A stretch of 64,000 nt of DNA, taken from positions 145-64,144 of the forward strand of contig JACPPD010000012.1 in the NCBI GenBank assembly GCA_016191145.1, given 5' to 3'. The stretch is from Ignavibacteria bacterium. Its GTDB lineage: Bacteria; Bacteroidota; Ignavibacteria; Kapaibacteriales; Kapaibacteriaceae. This document shows, piece by piece, positions 9,402 to 18,110 of this stretch. The position numbers and the translations under genes were made by a program. The notes beneath the pieces are model-generated. The model searched no databases. It had not been told where the DNA came from and saw only the letters and a program-made list of their open reading frames with translations. Positions within the stretch are counted from its first letter, which is position 1; every line of letters begins with the position of its first letter.

Positions 9402-10708
9402 CGTAGCAGAGGGTTATCGGAGCGTTCGAATGTTCCGTGTTGCATTACATCTAGTATGTGATACATACCAAGTTTCCTTGCTCTCAGAAATCCAAGCCAG
9501 GCCATGTCTGCAAACCGACCGTTTTGCAGCAGGTCGAACAGCCATTCACCAGAATGCTCCGGTTTTTCCTGACGCATGCCGGCTCCAAGTTCCAACAGCC
9601 ATGTGCGGTTGAATTTTTCTTGCGATCCAATTGTTGGGCTCATGATGATGGGAAGACCAAGACCTGTGTAAAACGACAGCTCGCTTGGCTTTGTCCACAA
9701 AATATCTGTTGACCGAATTGCTGTGTTGAACTCGGCAAAATGTGCAGCACGGTCGCTATGATATAGCACCTTTGCATTTGGGGAATTTCCAACAACTCTG
9801 CGCACATTCTCAAAGAAATATTTGGCGGTATCGGAGCGTGTGCCGGCAGATAGCACTAGATTCATCGTCCCCGCTAGTATTCTTTCGCGGAACGCTGTAA
9901 GCAATGCTGTACCAATTTCTCGCTGGGCACCTGCACCGCCTACCACATACATGAGCGTAAGAACGCGTTCCTCCGTTGGTTGAGCGTCGGCAAATTCTCC
10001 AAGGATATGGCGCACACTGTGTCCAAGAGTTCGGTGAAACCTCCCTGTTGGATCCAAGATGCTGAGTCTTACAGCAAGGTCGTGCTTCAACGTTGTTAAT
10101 GCCCTTCCTCCCAGCAGTTCATCGTCGAACGGAAATCCCGTTAAAAAAATTCTTTCTTCCGGAACACCGTATGATTTTAGACGTTGAGCTGCTTTCCCGC
10201 ATGGTGCGAAATAATTAATCTGTGAGTCCCATGGTTCCTTGGCAACCCAAACACGGTTAAGATCGGCATCGCAAATAATGCAGTAGATGGGTTCCATCCC
10301 AGCACTGTCGGCTGCTATTGCAACAACGTAAAACGAAGTGAGAATTGGAAGAGGATGTCGTGAGACAGTCTGAATAAAACCCGAGCCAAGACCATGACGA
10401 ATTTGCCAGCTAAGCATGTCTACCTGCATCGTAGAATGCGAAAGATTCCGTCTTGGGTACAACGAAGGGATGTGGAGCATTTGATCGAGCATACCAAACA
10501 ATTGCTTGCCGATTATTGGAATTGCTTTTGCACGCGAAAACGTTTCGTACAAACGCAGATACGTTTTCCATTGGTTGCGTTCGGAATCCGTTACATCGGT
10601 TGTATCGCCCGCATTAACGATTCCGGTATAGGCAAACTCACGAAATGGGTATACAGCACGTTGATGTCCATATCCCATATCTGCTGCAACTACCCAGAGG
10701 TCAGTCAT
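9398..10708 (-). CDS. GT-B glycosyltransferase, UgtP / MGDG-synthase-like (GT28 family) candidate
   Basis: 436 aa with N-terminal AADMGYGHQRA (GxGH motif), central DADLNRVWV...FLTGFPF, and C-terminal TKPSELSFYTGLGLPIIMSPTIGSQEKFN. These resemble diacylglycerol glycosyltransferase/MGDG-synthase motifs recalled from memory. It is tightly coupled to mraY and ispD. Confidence 0.55.
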   Translation of the reverse strand: MTDLWVVAADMGYGHQRAVYPFREFAYTGIVNAGDTTDVTDSERNQWKTYLRLYETFSRAKAIPIIGKQLFGMLDQMLHIPSLYPRRNLSHSTMQVDMLSWQIRHGLGSGFIQTVSRHPLPILTSFYVVAIAADSAGMEPIYCIICDADLNRVWVAKEPWDSQINYFAPCGKAAQRLKSYGVPEERIFLTGFPFDDELLGGRALTTLKHDLAVRLSILDPTGRFHRTLGHSVRHILGEFADAQPTEERVLTLMYVVGGAGAQREIGTALLTAFRERILAGTMNLVLSAGTRSDTAKYFFENVRRVVGNSPNAKVLYHSDRAAHFAEFNTAIRSTDILWTKPSELSFYTGLGLPIIMSPTIGSQEKFNRTWLLELGAGMRQEKPEHSGEWLFDLLQNGRFADMAWLGFLRARKLGMYHILDVMQHGTFERSDNPLLR

Positions 10709-10709
10709 T

Positions 10710-11840
10710 TTACCTGACTTTGAACGAAGCCATTGTAATGATTGCGAGCATTATTCCAACGATATAAAACCGGGTAACAATCTTCGACTCATGCCAACCA
10801 CTTTTTTCAAAGTGATGATGAATAGGCGCCATCAGGAATACTCTCCGCCCCTCTCCAAAACGCCGTCGTGTGTACTTGAAATAGAGTACTTGGATAATCA
10901 CACTCACTGTTTCAGCAAAGAAAATGCCGCCGACAATAGGCAGAAGAAATTCTTTCTTAATTAACACACAAAGAACACCAATGGCACCGCCAAGAGCCAG
11001 CGATCCGGTGTCGCCCATAAACACCTGAGCCGGATAGGCATTGTACCATAAAAAACCCATGGCAGCACCAACGATAGCCGCACAAAATATTGCTAGCTCA
11101 TCCGCTCCGCGCAGGTGCATGATGTTCAGGTAGTCGGCAAAAAATGCATTGCCGCTGAAGTATGCAATTACTGCAAGAGTCAGAGCACTGATGCCCACTG
11201 TGCCAATGCACAAGCCATCCAGCCCGTCAGTTAGATTCACAGCATTCGATGTGGCTGATATTATGAAGATCACGATAGGGATGTACAGCAGCCCAAAATC
11301 GAAATTCACCATTTTCTCGAATGGGACTGTAGTTACGGTTTTAAAATCAGCCAGCGTTGGTGAATACCACTCAGGAAAGAAATACACGGATCCTCCAAGG
11401 ATCAATCCCGCAATTACCTGTCCCGCAATCTTGTAACGCCCAATCAGCCCCTTACGAAATTTTTTTACAACCTTTAGATAATCGTCAATAAACCCTACTA
11501 TACCAAGCAATGCCGTAATCACTACGGCCATAACGATGTACATGTTGAAGATGTTGCCCCATAGCAGACTTGGTATGAGAACAGACGCGAGAACAATGAG
11601 TCCCCCCATAGTTGGCGTTCCAGCTTTTCGCTCGTGATGACCTACACCATGCAATTCAGATTTTGCCTGTTCCCCAATTTGATACTTCTTCAACTTTTTT
11701 ATAATGAATGGGCCAAGTACCAGCGAAATGAACAGGGCAAATATTGCCGCCGCAGCGGCACGAAATGTTACGTAAGAAAACAACCCAATTCCCGGAATAT
11801 CGGCAATGGATTTAAGCCAAAGGGCGAGCTGATAAATCAT
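10710..11840 (-). CDS. mraY: Phospho-N-acetylmuramoyl-pentapeptide transferase
   Basis: NLTDGLDGL, DTGSLALGG and APIHHHFE motifs; multi-pass membrane protein, 376 aa. Confidence 0.95.
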   Translation of the reverse strand: MIYQLALWLKSIADIPGIGLFSYVTFRAAAAAIFALFISLVLGPFIIKKLKKYQIGEQAKSELHGVGHHERKAGTPTMGGLIVLASVLIPSLLWGNIFNMYIVMAVVITALLGIVGFIDDYLKVVKKFRKGLIGRYKIAGQVIAGLILGGSVYFFPEWYSPTLADFKTVTTVPFEKMVNFDFGLLYIPIVIFIISATSNAVNLTDGLDGLCIGTVGISALTLAVIAYFSGNAFFADYLNIMHLRGADELAIFCAAIVGAAMGFLWYNAYPAQVFMGDTGSLALGGAIGVLCVLIKKEFLLPIVGGIFFAETVSVIIQVLYFKYTRRRFGEGRRVFLMAPIHHHFEKSGWHESKIVTRFYIVGIMLAIITMASFKVR

Positions 11841-13228
11841 TGAGCTGAACTGCGAAGGTGTAGAATTACATTTTCCATTTGCATTCCGCGTGAACCTTTA
11901 ATAAGCACAACACTGCCGTCATGCGTGCTTTCCCGAATCATCCGCGCTGCGCTTTCAAAAGAATCTGCCTCGATGGCGTGTGAGGCTCTCCGATTCTGCA
12001 GTGCTAATCGAAAAGTTTCTCCGATTATAATTACAAGATCGGCAGATTGTAGCGCATGCTCAAGGACAGATAAGTGCTCATCAAGCGCCGCATATCCTAG
12101 CTCCCTCATGTCGCCAAGCACTGCTAGGCGCCTCTGTGCCGGATACATTGCCAAAGTCTTTAGCGACATCTTCATTGATTCCGGGTTGGCGTTATATGTA
12201 TCGTTCAGCACTGCTAAACCGCCTATACGTTCTACGGTCATTCTTGCATATCCGTGTGGGGTAGGGGGCTGGTAGGATTCAAGACCTTGCTTGATCTGGT
12301 GCGCATTGTAGTTGAGCGACCACGCAACGGCAACTGCACATGTCGCGTTATACGCCGAGGCCAGGCCAACTGTGTGCATGTGAGCATGTAAGGTTGTAGT
12401 GCCCTTAACAAGGTGTATTGTTGGATGCAACTCTTCGTCGAATGTAACCTGTAAACGAATGTCTGCTTCGTTCTCTATCCCAAACGTAATTGAACGGCCA
12501 TGATGACCATGATAGCCGTAGCGTTGCAGGCGTTCATCATCGACGTTGACAAATAACAGACCTCCATTATCTGTCAGATAATCAAACAGCGCTGTCTCTT
12601 CATGTTCGACACCATCAAGATCGATCAATTTTTCGAGATGCTCCTTTCCAATGTTGGTAATCAGACCATGAGTAGGCTGAACCATTGCACTAAGAAGCTC
12701 TATTTCACCCGGCTCGTTTGTCCCGATTTCAATCACGGCTGCCTCGTGCTCTCCCGTCAACTTCAACAGTGTATGAGGTGTGCCAATTCTGTTGTTGAAG
12801 TTTCTTTCTGTCTGCAATACACGCATTGCTTCCGAAAGAACATGTGCAGTGATGTCCTTAGTCGATGTTTTTCCTGCGGCGCCAGCAATTGCAATCACTG
12901 GAATATCAAAGCGACGCCGATGATACCACGCAAAAGAACCCAATGTATGCAAAGGGTCGGCCACAGCCACAATGGGCCTTCCACGCCACCGTTGAGCGTA
13001 ATCAGGAAAACGGACTACGTCGATAACAGCAATGGAAGCCCCCTTATCAAAAGCCTGATCGACATATTCATGTCCGTCGAAGTTCTCGCCACGCAATGCA
13101 AGAAATGCATTTTCCGGAGCAAGTGTCCTTGTGTCTGTGCTTACTCCCTTTACAACCACCGTATCCGGGATTGCATCAGCGGCATCACCGGCAATTGCAA
13201 GCAAATCGTGGTGGTCGAACGTACTCAT
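11837..13228 (-). CDS. murF: UDP-N-acetylmuramoyl-tripeptide--D-alanyl-D-alanine ligase
   Basis: VSTDTRTLAPENAFLALRGENFDGHEY and the P-loop GAAGKTSTKD. ATG at 13228 gives an ATGA overlap with rsmH. The ORF track extends to 13246. Confidence 0.9.
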   Translation of the reverse strand: MSTFDHHDLLAIAGDAADAIPDTVVVKGVSTDTRTLAPENAFLALRGENFDGHEYVDQAFDKGASIAVIDVVRFPDYAQRWRGRPIVAVADPLHTLGSFAWYHRRRFDIPVIAIAGAAGKTSTKDITAHVLSEAMRVLQTERNFNNRIGTPHTLLKLTGEHEAAVIEIGTNEPGEIELLSAMVQPTHGLITNIGKEHLEKLIDLDGVEHEETALFDYLTDNGGLLFVNVDDERLQRYGYHGHHGRSITFGIENEADIRLQVTFDEELHPTIHLVKGTTTLHAHMHTVGLASAYNATCAVAVAWSLNYNAHQIKQGLESYQPPTPHGYARMTVERIGGLAVLNDTYNANPESMKMSLKTLAMYPAQRRLAVLGDMRELGYAALDEHLSVLEHALQSADLVIIIGETFRLALQNRRASHAIEADSFESAARMIRESTHDGSVVLIKGSRGMQMENVILHLRSSAQ

Positions 13229-14187
13229 GCAAATCTCTCTGCACATCGCAGGCGTGCGCTGCGCGCCCGTGGGTTAACGTGCAGTTCAGCGTCTGTGGGA
13301 ATAATGGGTTTCTTTGTCACAATTTTTAGCCGCGGGCTGTCGGTTTTTTCAAATTCTTTATATACTTCCTTAACAATCCGATCCTCGCCTGAGTGATAGC
13401 TGAGTACAACAATACGTCCGCCGATTTCCATTAACGGAACAATATTCCGCAGCGTTACTCTCAGCCGCGTCAGCTCTCTGTTCACTTCAATGCGCAAAGC
13501 CTGGAATACCCTTGCAAGAGTCTTAACCTGAAGATGTGGAGGCACATTTTGAATAACAACGTCGCGCACATCGGAAATTTTTTTGAAGGGGGCGATCTTC
13601 CGCCGCCGTTCAACTGCACGTGCCAGCATCAGCGCCCGCGGTTCATCGCCGTACGATTTAAGTATGTCTACCAGATCATCTAGCTTCCGATTGTTCAAAA
13701 CATCGGATGCGGTTTCTCCCTCGGGAGTGTAACGCATGTCGAGCGCTGCCTCCATACGAAACGAAAATCCGCGTTGGTGATAGTCGAACTGATATGAAGA
13801 AACGCCAAGATCGAACAGGATACCAGAAACACCTGGCGAAGATGGAGTAATACCGAACTCTCGATTGAGATATTCCGGCATGGTATCAAAATTTGCATGC
13901 ACTAACCGAAGGGAAACATTTTCTCCAGCGTCGGATAGAAATTCTGCAAACCGGCGTGTAGTGTGGTCAATTGCCATCTCATCGGCGTCAAACGAAACAA
14001 CTACCGACCGCTCTCTGCCATGCGTATGCTTGGAGTCGGCAACTAGTGTTGCAAGAATCGACGCAGTATGTCCACCGCCTCCAAGTGTTGCATCCACATA
14101 GGTTCCACCTGTGTGGATGCTGAGGTTCAGGATGCATTCATTCAGCATTACCGGAACATGATACTCTTCCGGCTTCAGGCGGATCAT
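13225..14187 (-). CDS. rsmH: 16S rRNA (cytosine1402-N4)-methyltransferase
   Basis: HVPVMLNE, DATLGGGGH, FDLGVSSYQ and SYHSGEDRIVK motifs. Confidence 0.95.
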   Translation of the reverse strand: MIRLKPEEYHVPVMLNECILNLSIHTGGTYVDATLGGGGHTASILATLVADSKHTHGRERSVVVSFDADEMAIDHTTRRFAEFLSDAGENVSLRLVHANFDTMPEYLNREFGITPSSPGVSGILFDLGVSSYQFDYHQRGFSFRMEAALDMRYTPEGETASDVLNNRKLDDLVDILKSYGDEPRALMLARAVERRRKIAPFKKISDVRDVVIQNVPPHLQVKTLARVFQALRIEVNRELTRLRVTLRNIVPLMEIGGRIVVLSYHSGEDRIVKEVYKEFEKTDSPRLKIVTKKPIIPTDAELHVNPRARSARLRCAERFA

Positions 14188-14915
14188 AATAGCAGGGACA
14201 ACGACGGGAGTGATAATGGCTCGATTGATAGGAAGGCTTCTGCATATCTAGTGCCAATGCGATTGCCGAAGTAGCGTGCCCTCGCTTCTAAACCTTCAAT
14301 AAAAGTCTTATCCGAAATAAAAGTTTCAGGATCCTTGGATTGGCTTTCGCCCGGGGAATGAAATTGCGATGCAAACGCGTGAATAGATTGCATTTTATAT
14401 GCGAAGGTGTCGCTGATGTCGACGTAAAAATCCGGTTGCCGCGTGAAATCGTAAAATAATTGATAACAAATGGTTCTTTGCGGTCGGTGCGGTTGCTGCA
14501 CCATGCCGTTGAACGTTGTGATAACCTTTGTAAGACCCGCAGTGAAAGACGCAGTTCGGGCTATGCGGTAAACAGTTTCGTGATCGGGGTGACGTTCGAA
14601 CGACGGAGGAATAATAATCAGTCTAGGCTGAAAGTGTCGGATAGCTCCAACAACTTTTAGCACATTCTCTTGTGTATGCTCTATTGCACCATCGGGCATA
14701 TCCAGGTATACTCGCTCGCTCACGCCAAGAATTTTCCGGGAAGCCTCGGCTTCGGATTTCCGAAGATCTGCGCTGCCGCGTGTTCCCGCTTCGCCAAGAG
14801 TACAATCGGCAAAGGCAACGGAACGGCCTTCGTTAGTAAGTTTTTTTACCGTACCGGAACAGGCAAGTTCCGCATCATCGGGATGGGCAGAGATAACGAG
14901 GACGTCGCAGCTCAC
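14184..14915 (-). CDS. bshB1: PIG-L family deacetylase, bacillithiol biosynthesis BshB1-like
   Basis: The N-terminal VLVISAHPDDAELACSGT and HPDH motifs place it in the LmbE/PIG-L family. The BshB1 assignment is by family resemblance only. Confidence 0.65.
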   Translation of the reverse strand: MSCDVLVISAHPDDAELACSGTVKKLTNEGRSVAFADCTLGEAGTRGSADLRKSEAEASRKILGVSERVYLDMPDGAIEHTQENVLKVVGAIRHFQPRLIIIPPSFERHPDHETVYRIARTASFTAGLTKVITTFNGMVQQPHRPQRTICYQLFYDFTRQPDFYVDISDTFAYKMQSIHAFASQFHSPGESQSKDPETFISDKTFIEGLEARARYFGNRIGTRYAEAFLSIEPLSLPSLSLLL

Positions 14916-15352
14916 TGTTGTTCAAGATCCTGAATTTTTTCAACTCGTTTCGTATGGCGACCACCGCTGAATTCAGACTTAAGAAACGTGCGAACAATTT
15001 CGATGGCAAGTGCTACGGGTGTAATCCTTGCACCTACAGCAACCATATTGGCATCGTTATGCTCGCGTGCCAGGCGTGCCATTTCAACATTCGTGACATT
15101 CGCGGCGCGGATACCCTTTATCTTGTTTGCTGCGATTGAGACTCCGATTCCCGTCCCGCACACCAATACACCCATTTCTGCCTTACCTTCTGCCACCAGT
15201 CTGGCAGCGGCTGAAGCAAAGTCCGGATAGTCTACGGAATCTTCGGAGGCAGTTCCGACATCAATTACAGCATGACCATCTTCTTCAAGTGCTTTTTTCA
15301 AAGCCTCCTTGTGCCTATATCCAGCATGGTCAGATCCGATACTAATCTTCAT
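14912..15352 (-). CDS. rpiB: Ribose-5-phosphate isomerase B
   Basis: MKISIGSDHAGY, CGTGIGVSIAANK and GARI motifs; 146 aa. Confidence 0.92.
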   Translation of the reverse strand: MKISIGSDHAGYRHKEALKKALEEDGHAVIDVGTASEDSVDYPDFASAAARLVAEGKAEMGVLVCGTGIGVSIAANKIKGIRAANVTNVEMARLAREHNDANMVAVGARITPVALAIEIVRTFLKSEFSGGRHTKRVEKIQDLEQQ

Positions 15353-15801
15353 GGGTGTACACCAGTACTTCCAAATCCACCTTCGCCACGGTGTGTTACA
15401 TCGAGATCGTCAACCTCGTTCCATTCAATATGCTCATATCGTGCAACAACAAGCTGTGCAATTCGAGAGCCGCGCTCGATAATAAAATCGGACGAAGAGA
15501 AGTTAGCAAGGATTACGTGAACCTCGCCGCGGAAGTCGCTATCGATTGTCCCGGGGGAATTCAGAGCAAACACCCCATGTTTGGCTGCCAAACCGCTTCG
15601 AGAGCGAACCTGACATTCGAATCCTAAAGGAATTGACATTTGCAAGCCAGTGGGAACCATCGTTACAGATCCCGGCGCTAACCGTATCGGCTCAGTGACT
15701 GCAGCATGAACATCCATCCCAGCCGATCCCGACGTTGCTGTGGAAGGTAGTGGCAGGCCTTCTGCATGCGATAGGCGCACGATGTCTATGTGTAGGCTCA
15801 C
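15349..15801 (-). CDS. dut: dUTP diphosphatase
   Basis: GSAGMDV, RSGLAAKHG and GTIDSDFRGEV motifs; 150 aa. Confidence 0.95.
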   Translation of the reverse strand: MSLHIDIVRLSHAEGLPLPSTATSGSAGMDVHAAVTEPIRLAPGSVTMVPTGLQMSIPLGFECQVRSRSGLAAKHGVFALNSPGTIDSDFRGEVHVILANFSSSDFIIERGSRIAQLVVARYEHIEWNEVDDLDVTHRGEGGFGSTGVHP

Positions 15802-16463
15802 CGCTTCCTACCAAAATCTGCCGGATTCTCGCCCCATTTGTCTGTATCCCATTTCAACACACGATTATCATAAGCATTAGTCCTGAGCCATTCCTCAGCT
15901 CGGTTTATGAGAGCGAACAACTCAGAATTTTTATCAGATGGCGCTACCGTTGTCTTTGCATGTTTCTTCCTTACCCAAGCCAACGCAGTTTTAGAGTCAG
16001 TATAGACGGGAAGGTTTCCGGAGTTCTTCTTCTGCATTCCCAAAGCGTGAACTACTGCCAGGAATTCACCAAGGTTATTTGAAGAGGCACTGAAAGGACC
16101 CATTCGAAAAAGTTCCACTCCCGTTTGTGTATCGACGCCTCTGTATTCCATTACACCAGTCGTCATGTTGCACGCAGCATCAACACTGATACTCGGAACG
16201 ATAGGTCCCCGCGCGCCCGACTTCGTTTTTCCGAGCGATACATGATCAGCTGGCGCGTGTTTGACAATTTGTTTTGGAAGCCCCTTTTCAAATGCCTCTT
16301 TAGCCTCTGCCAAGGTATCGTATGCCCGGTATCTCGATCCCGGATACCCCTCTACCTGATCCCGGCATTTATCCCAAGATGGATATAGCCCAGGCGAATG
16401 ACCGATCCAGACGACGTACCACTTCGACTTTTTCGGCGCTCTTGTGATTGGCATTTGGTGCAA
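15798..16463 (-). CDS. rnhA: Ribonuclease HI with N-terminal hybrid-binding (HBD) domain
   Basis: The N-terminal WYVVWIGHSPGLYPSWDKCRDQVEGYPGSRYRAYDTLAEAKEAF is HBD/viroplasmin-like. The RNase H core has DAAC, NNLGEFLAVVHAL and YTDSK. Confidence 0.85.
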   Translation of the reverse strand: MHQMPITRAPKKSKWYVVWIGHSPGLYPSWDKCRDQVEGYPGSRYRAYDTLAEAKEAFEKGLPKQIVKHAPADHVSLGKTKSGARGPIVPSISVDAACNMTTGVMEYRGVDTQTGVELFRMGPFSASSNNLGEFLAVVHALGMQKKNSGNLPVYTDSKTALAWVRKKHAKTTVAPSDKNSELFALINRAEEWLRTNAYDNRVLKWDTDKWGENPADFGRKR

Positions 16464-16526
16464 AAATAACTAATAAGTCACGCTCAAGCTTATAGTGGGT
16501 ACATCTGGTAAAGGACGTTTATAAAA

Positions 16527-18071
16527 ATGTATTCTAAGACTTCTACTGCCACTGTAATCGGCATTTCGGCGATCCCTGTTGAAATTGAGACGCATATCGA
16601 AAACGGCTTGCCAGCCTTTCTGTTGGTTGGGTTGCCCGACAGTGCTGTTCGAGAATCGAAGGAACGGGTTCAGGCAGCAATAAAGAATGGTGGGTACGAA
16701 CTGCCTGCTAAGAAATACACCATCAACCTTGCACCGGCAGATCTGAGAAAGGAGGGAAGCGCCTTCGACCTGGCAATTGCGCTCGGTGTATTGATAGCTC
16801 TTAGGAAAATTGATGAACCCAACCTCGATGGCACATACATGCTCGGGGAATTGGCATTTGATGGAAGCCTCAGACCTGTTCGTGGCTGTCTTGCAATTGC
16901 AGCAATGTTAAAACGGAAAAATGCCAGGCGATTGTTCATACCTGAACGAAATGCCGACGAAGCATCGATAATCGAAGGCATTGATGTCTATCCAGTTGGC
17001 ACACTACGAGAAGCAGTGGGAGTTCTCACTGGCGATGTGAGGATGCACCCGCATAGGGTTGACGTTGCTGCCATGTTTCAGGCATCTTCCGGCAGCTCGT
17101 CAATAGACCTGCATGATGTTAAGGGGCAGGCAACTGTAAAGCGAGCGTTGGAAGTTGCCGCCGCAGGAGGCCATAACCTAATCATGGTTGGGCCTCCGGG
17201 CGCTGGTAAGACGATGCTTGCAAAACGACTGCCGTCAATACTTCCTCCGCTCACGCTGCAGGAAGCGCTCGAAACAACAACGATACACTCAGTCACTGGT
17301 CTTCTCGCTCCTAGTCAGTCCCTGGTAACGCAACGTCCGTTCAGAGCGCCGCATCATACCATCAGCGATGCAGCGTTGGTAGGAGGGGGACATGGGGCCG
17401 TTAGAGCAGGAGAGATAACCCTGGCTCATCACGGAGTACTATTCCTCGATGAAGTCCCCGAATTTCAGCGCAACGTGTTGGAAGTGCTGCGGCAACCTCT
17501 CGAAGACAGACGTATTCGAATTTCGCGATCTCGTATGTCGGTTGATTATCCAGCCAACTTCATGCTGATATGTTCGATGAATCCTTGCCCGTGCGGTCAT
17601 TTTCACAGCCCGCTGAAGGAGTGCACCTGTCAGCCTGCAGATATTCAGCGGTACATGTCAAAAATATCAGGTCCACTCTTAGACAGAATTGATATCCATA
17701 TTGATGTTCCTGCAGTTCGTATTCAAAACCTTGCGGGCGATGACGGTGGTGAAACATCGGCAGTTGTTAGGGGGCGAGTTGTTACAGCCCGTGAACGCCA
17801 GATTCAGAGATTCAGGTCTCGCGAAAATCTGTTTAAGAATGCCGATATGTCGCCCAAGGATGTAGAAGCTTTCTGCACACTCGATTCTGCTGCGCGCGAT
17901 CTCTTGCACAAGGCAATGAACAGACTCAATCTTTCAGCGCGAGCCTACGACAGAGTGCTGAAAGTTTCCAGATCGATTGCCGATTTGGGAAACTCCGATG
18001 CAATCGCCGTCGATCATATTCTTGAGGCAGTTCAGTACCGCAGTTTGGACAGGCCGTACTGGAATGCATAG
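16527..18071 (+). CDS. comM: YifB/ComM family Mg-chelatase-like ATPase
   Basis: 514 aa with an N-terminal Lon-protease-like domain, Walker A GPPGAGKTMLAKR, Walker B VLFLDE, and a Cys cluster CPCGH...C.C. Confidence 0.9.
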   Translation: MYSKTSTATVIGISAIPVEIETHIENGLPAFLLVGLPDSAVRESKERVQAAIKNGGYELPAKKYTINLAPADLRKEGSAFDLAIALGVLIALRKIDEPNLDGTYMLGELAFDGSLRPVRGCLAIAAMLKRKNARRLFIPERNADEASIIEGIDVYPVGTLREAVGVLTGDVRMHPHRVDVAAMFQASSGSSSIDLHDVKGQATVKRALEVAAAGGHNLIMVGPPGAGKTMLAKRLPSILPPLTLQEALETTTIHSVTGLLAPSQSLVTQRPFRAPHHTISDAALVGGGHGAVRAGEITLAHHGVLFLDEVPEFQRNVLEVLRQPLEDRRIRISRSRMSVDYPANFMLICSMNPCPCGHFHSPLKECTCQPADIQRYMSKISGPLLDRIDIHIDVPAVRIQNLAGDDGGETSAVVRGRVVTARERQIQRFRSRENLFKNADMSPKDVEAFCTLDSAARDLLHKAMNRLNLSARAYDRVLKVSRSIADLGNSDAIAVDHILEAVQYRSLDRPYWNA

Positions 18072-18110
18072 GCAATTCACAGCATGTATTTCTCCCCAAC
18101 TCCGTTCACT

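Noticed and set aside
12602-13396. 264-aa ORF antisense across murF and rsmH
   Set aside because: It spans two strongly supported genes on the opposite strand and has Cys/Arg/Ser-rich junk-like sequence.
15798-16463. RNase H as part of a retroelement or retron
   Set aside because: There is no reverse transcriptase or structured ncRNA nearby. The gene is translationally fused to dut in a housekeeping operon.
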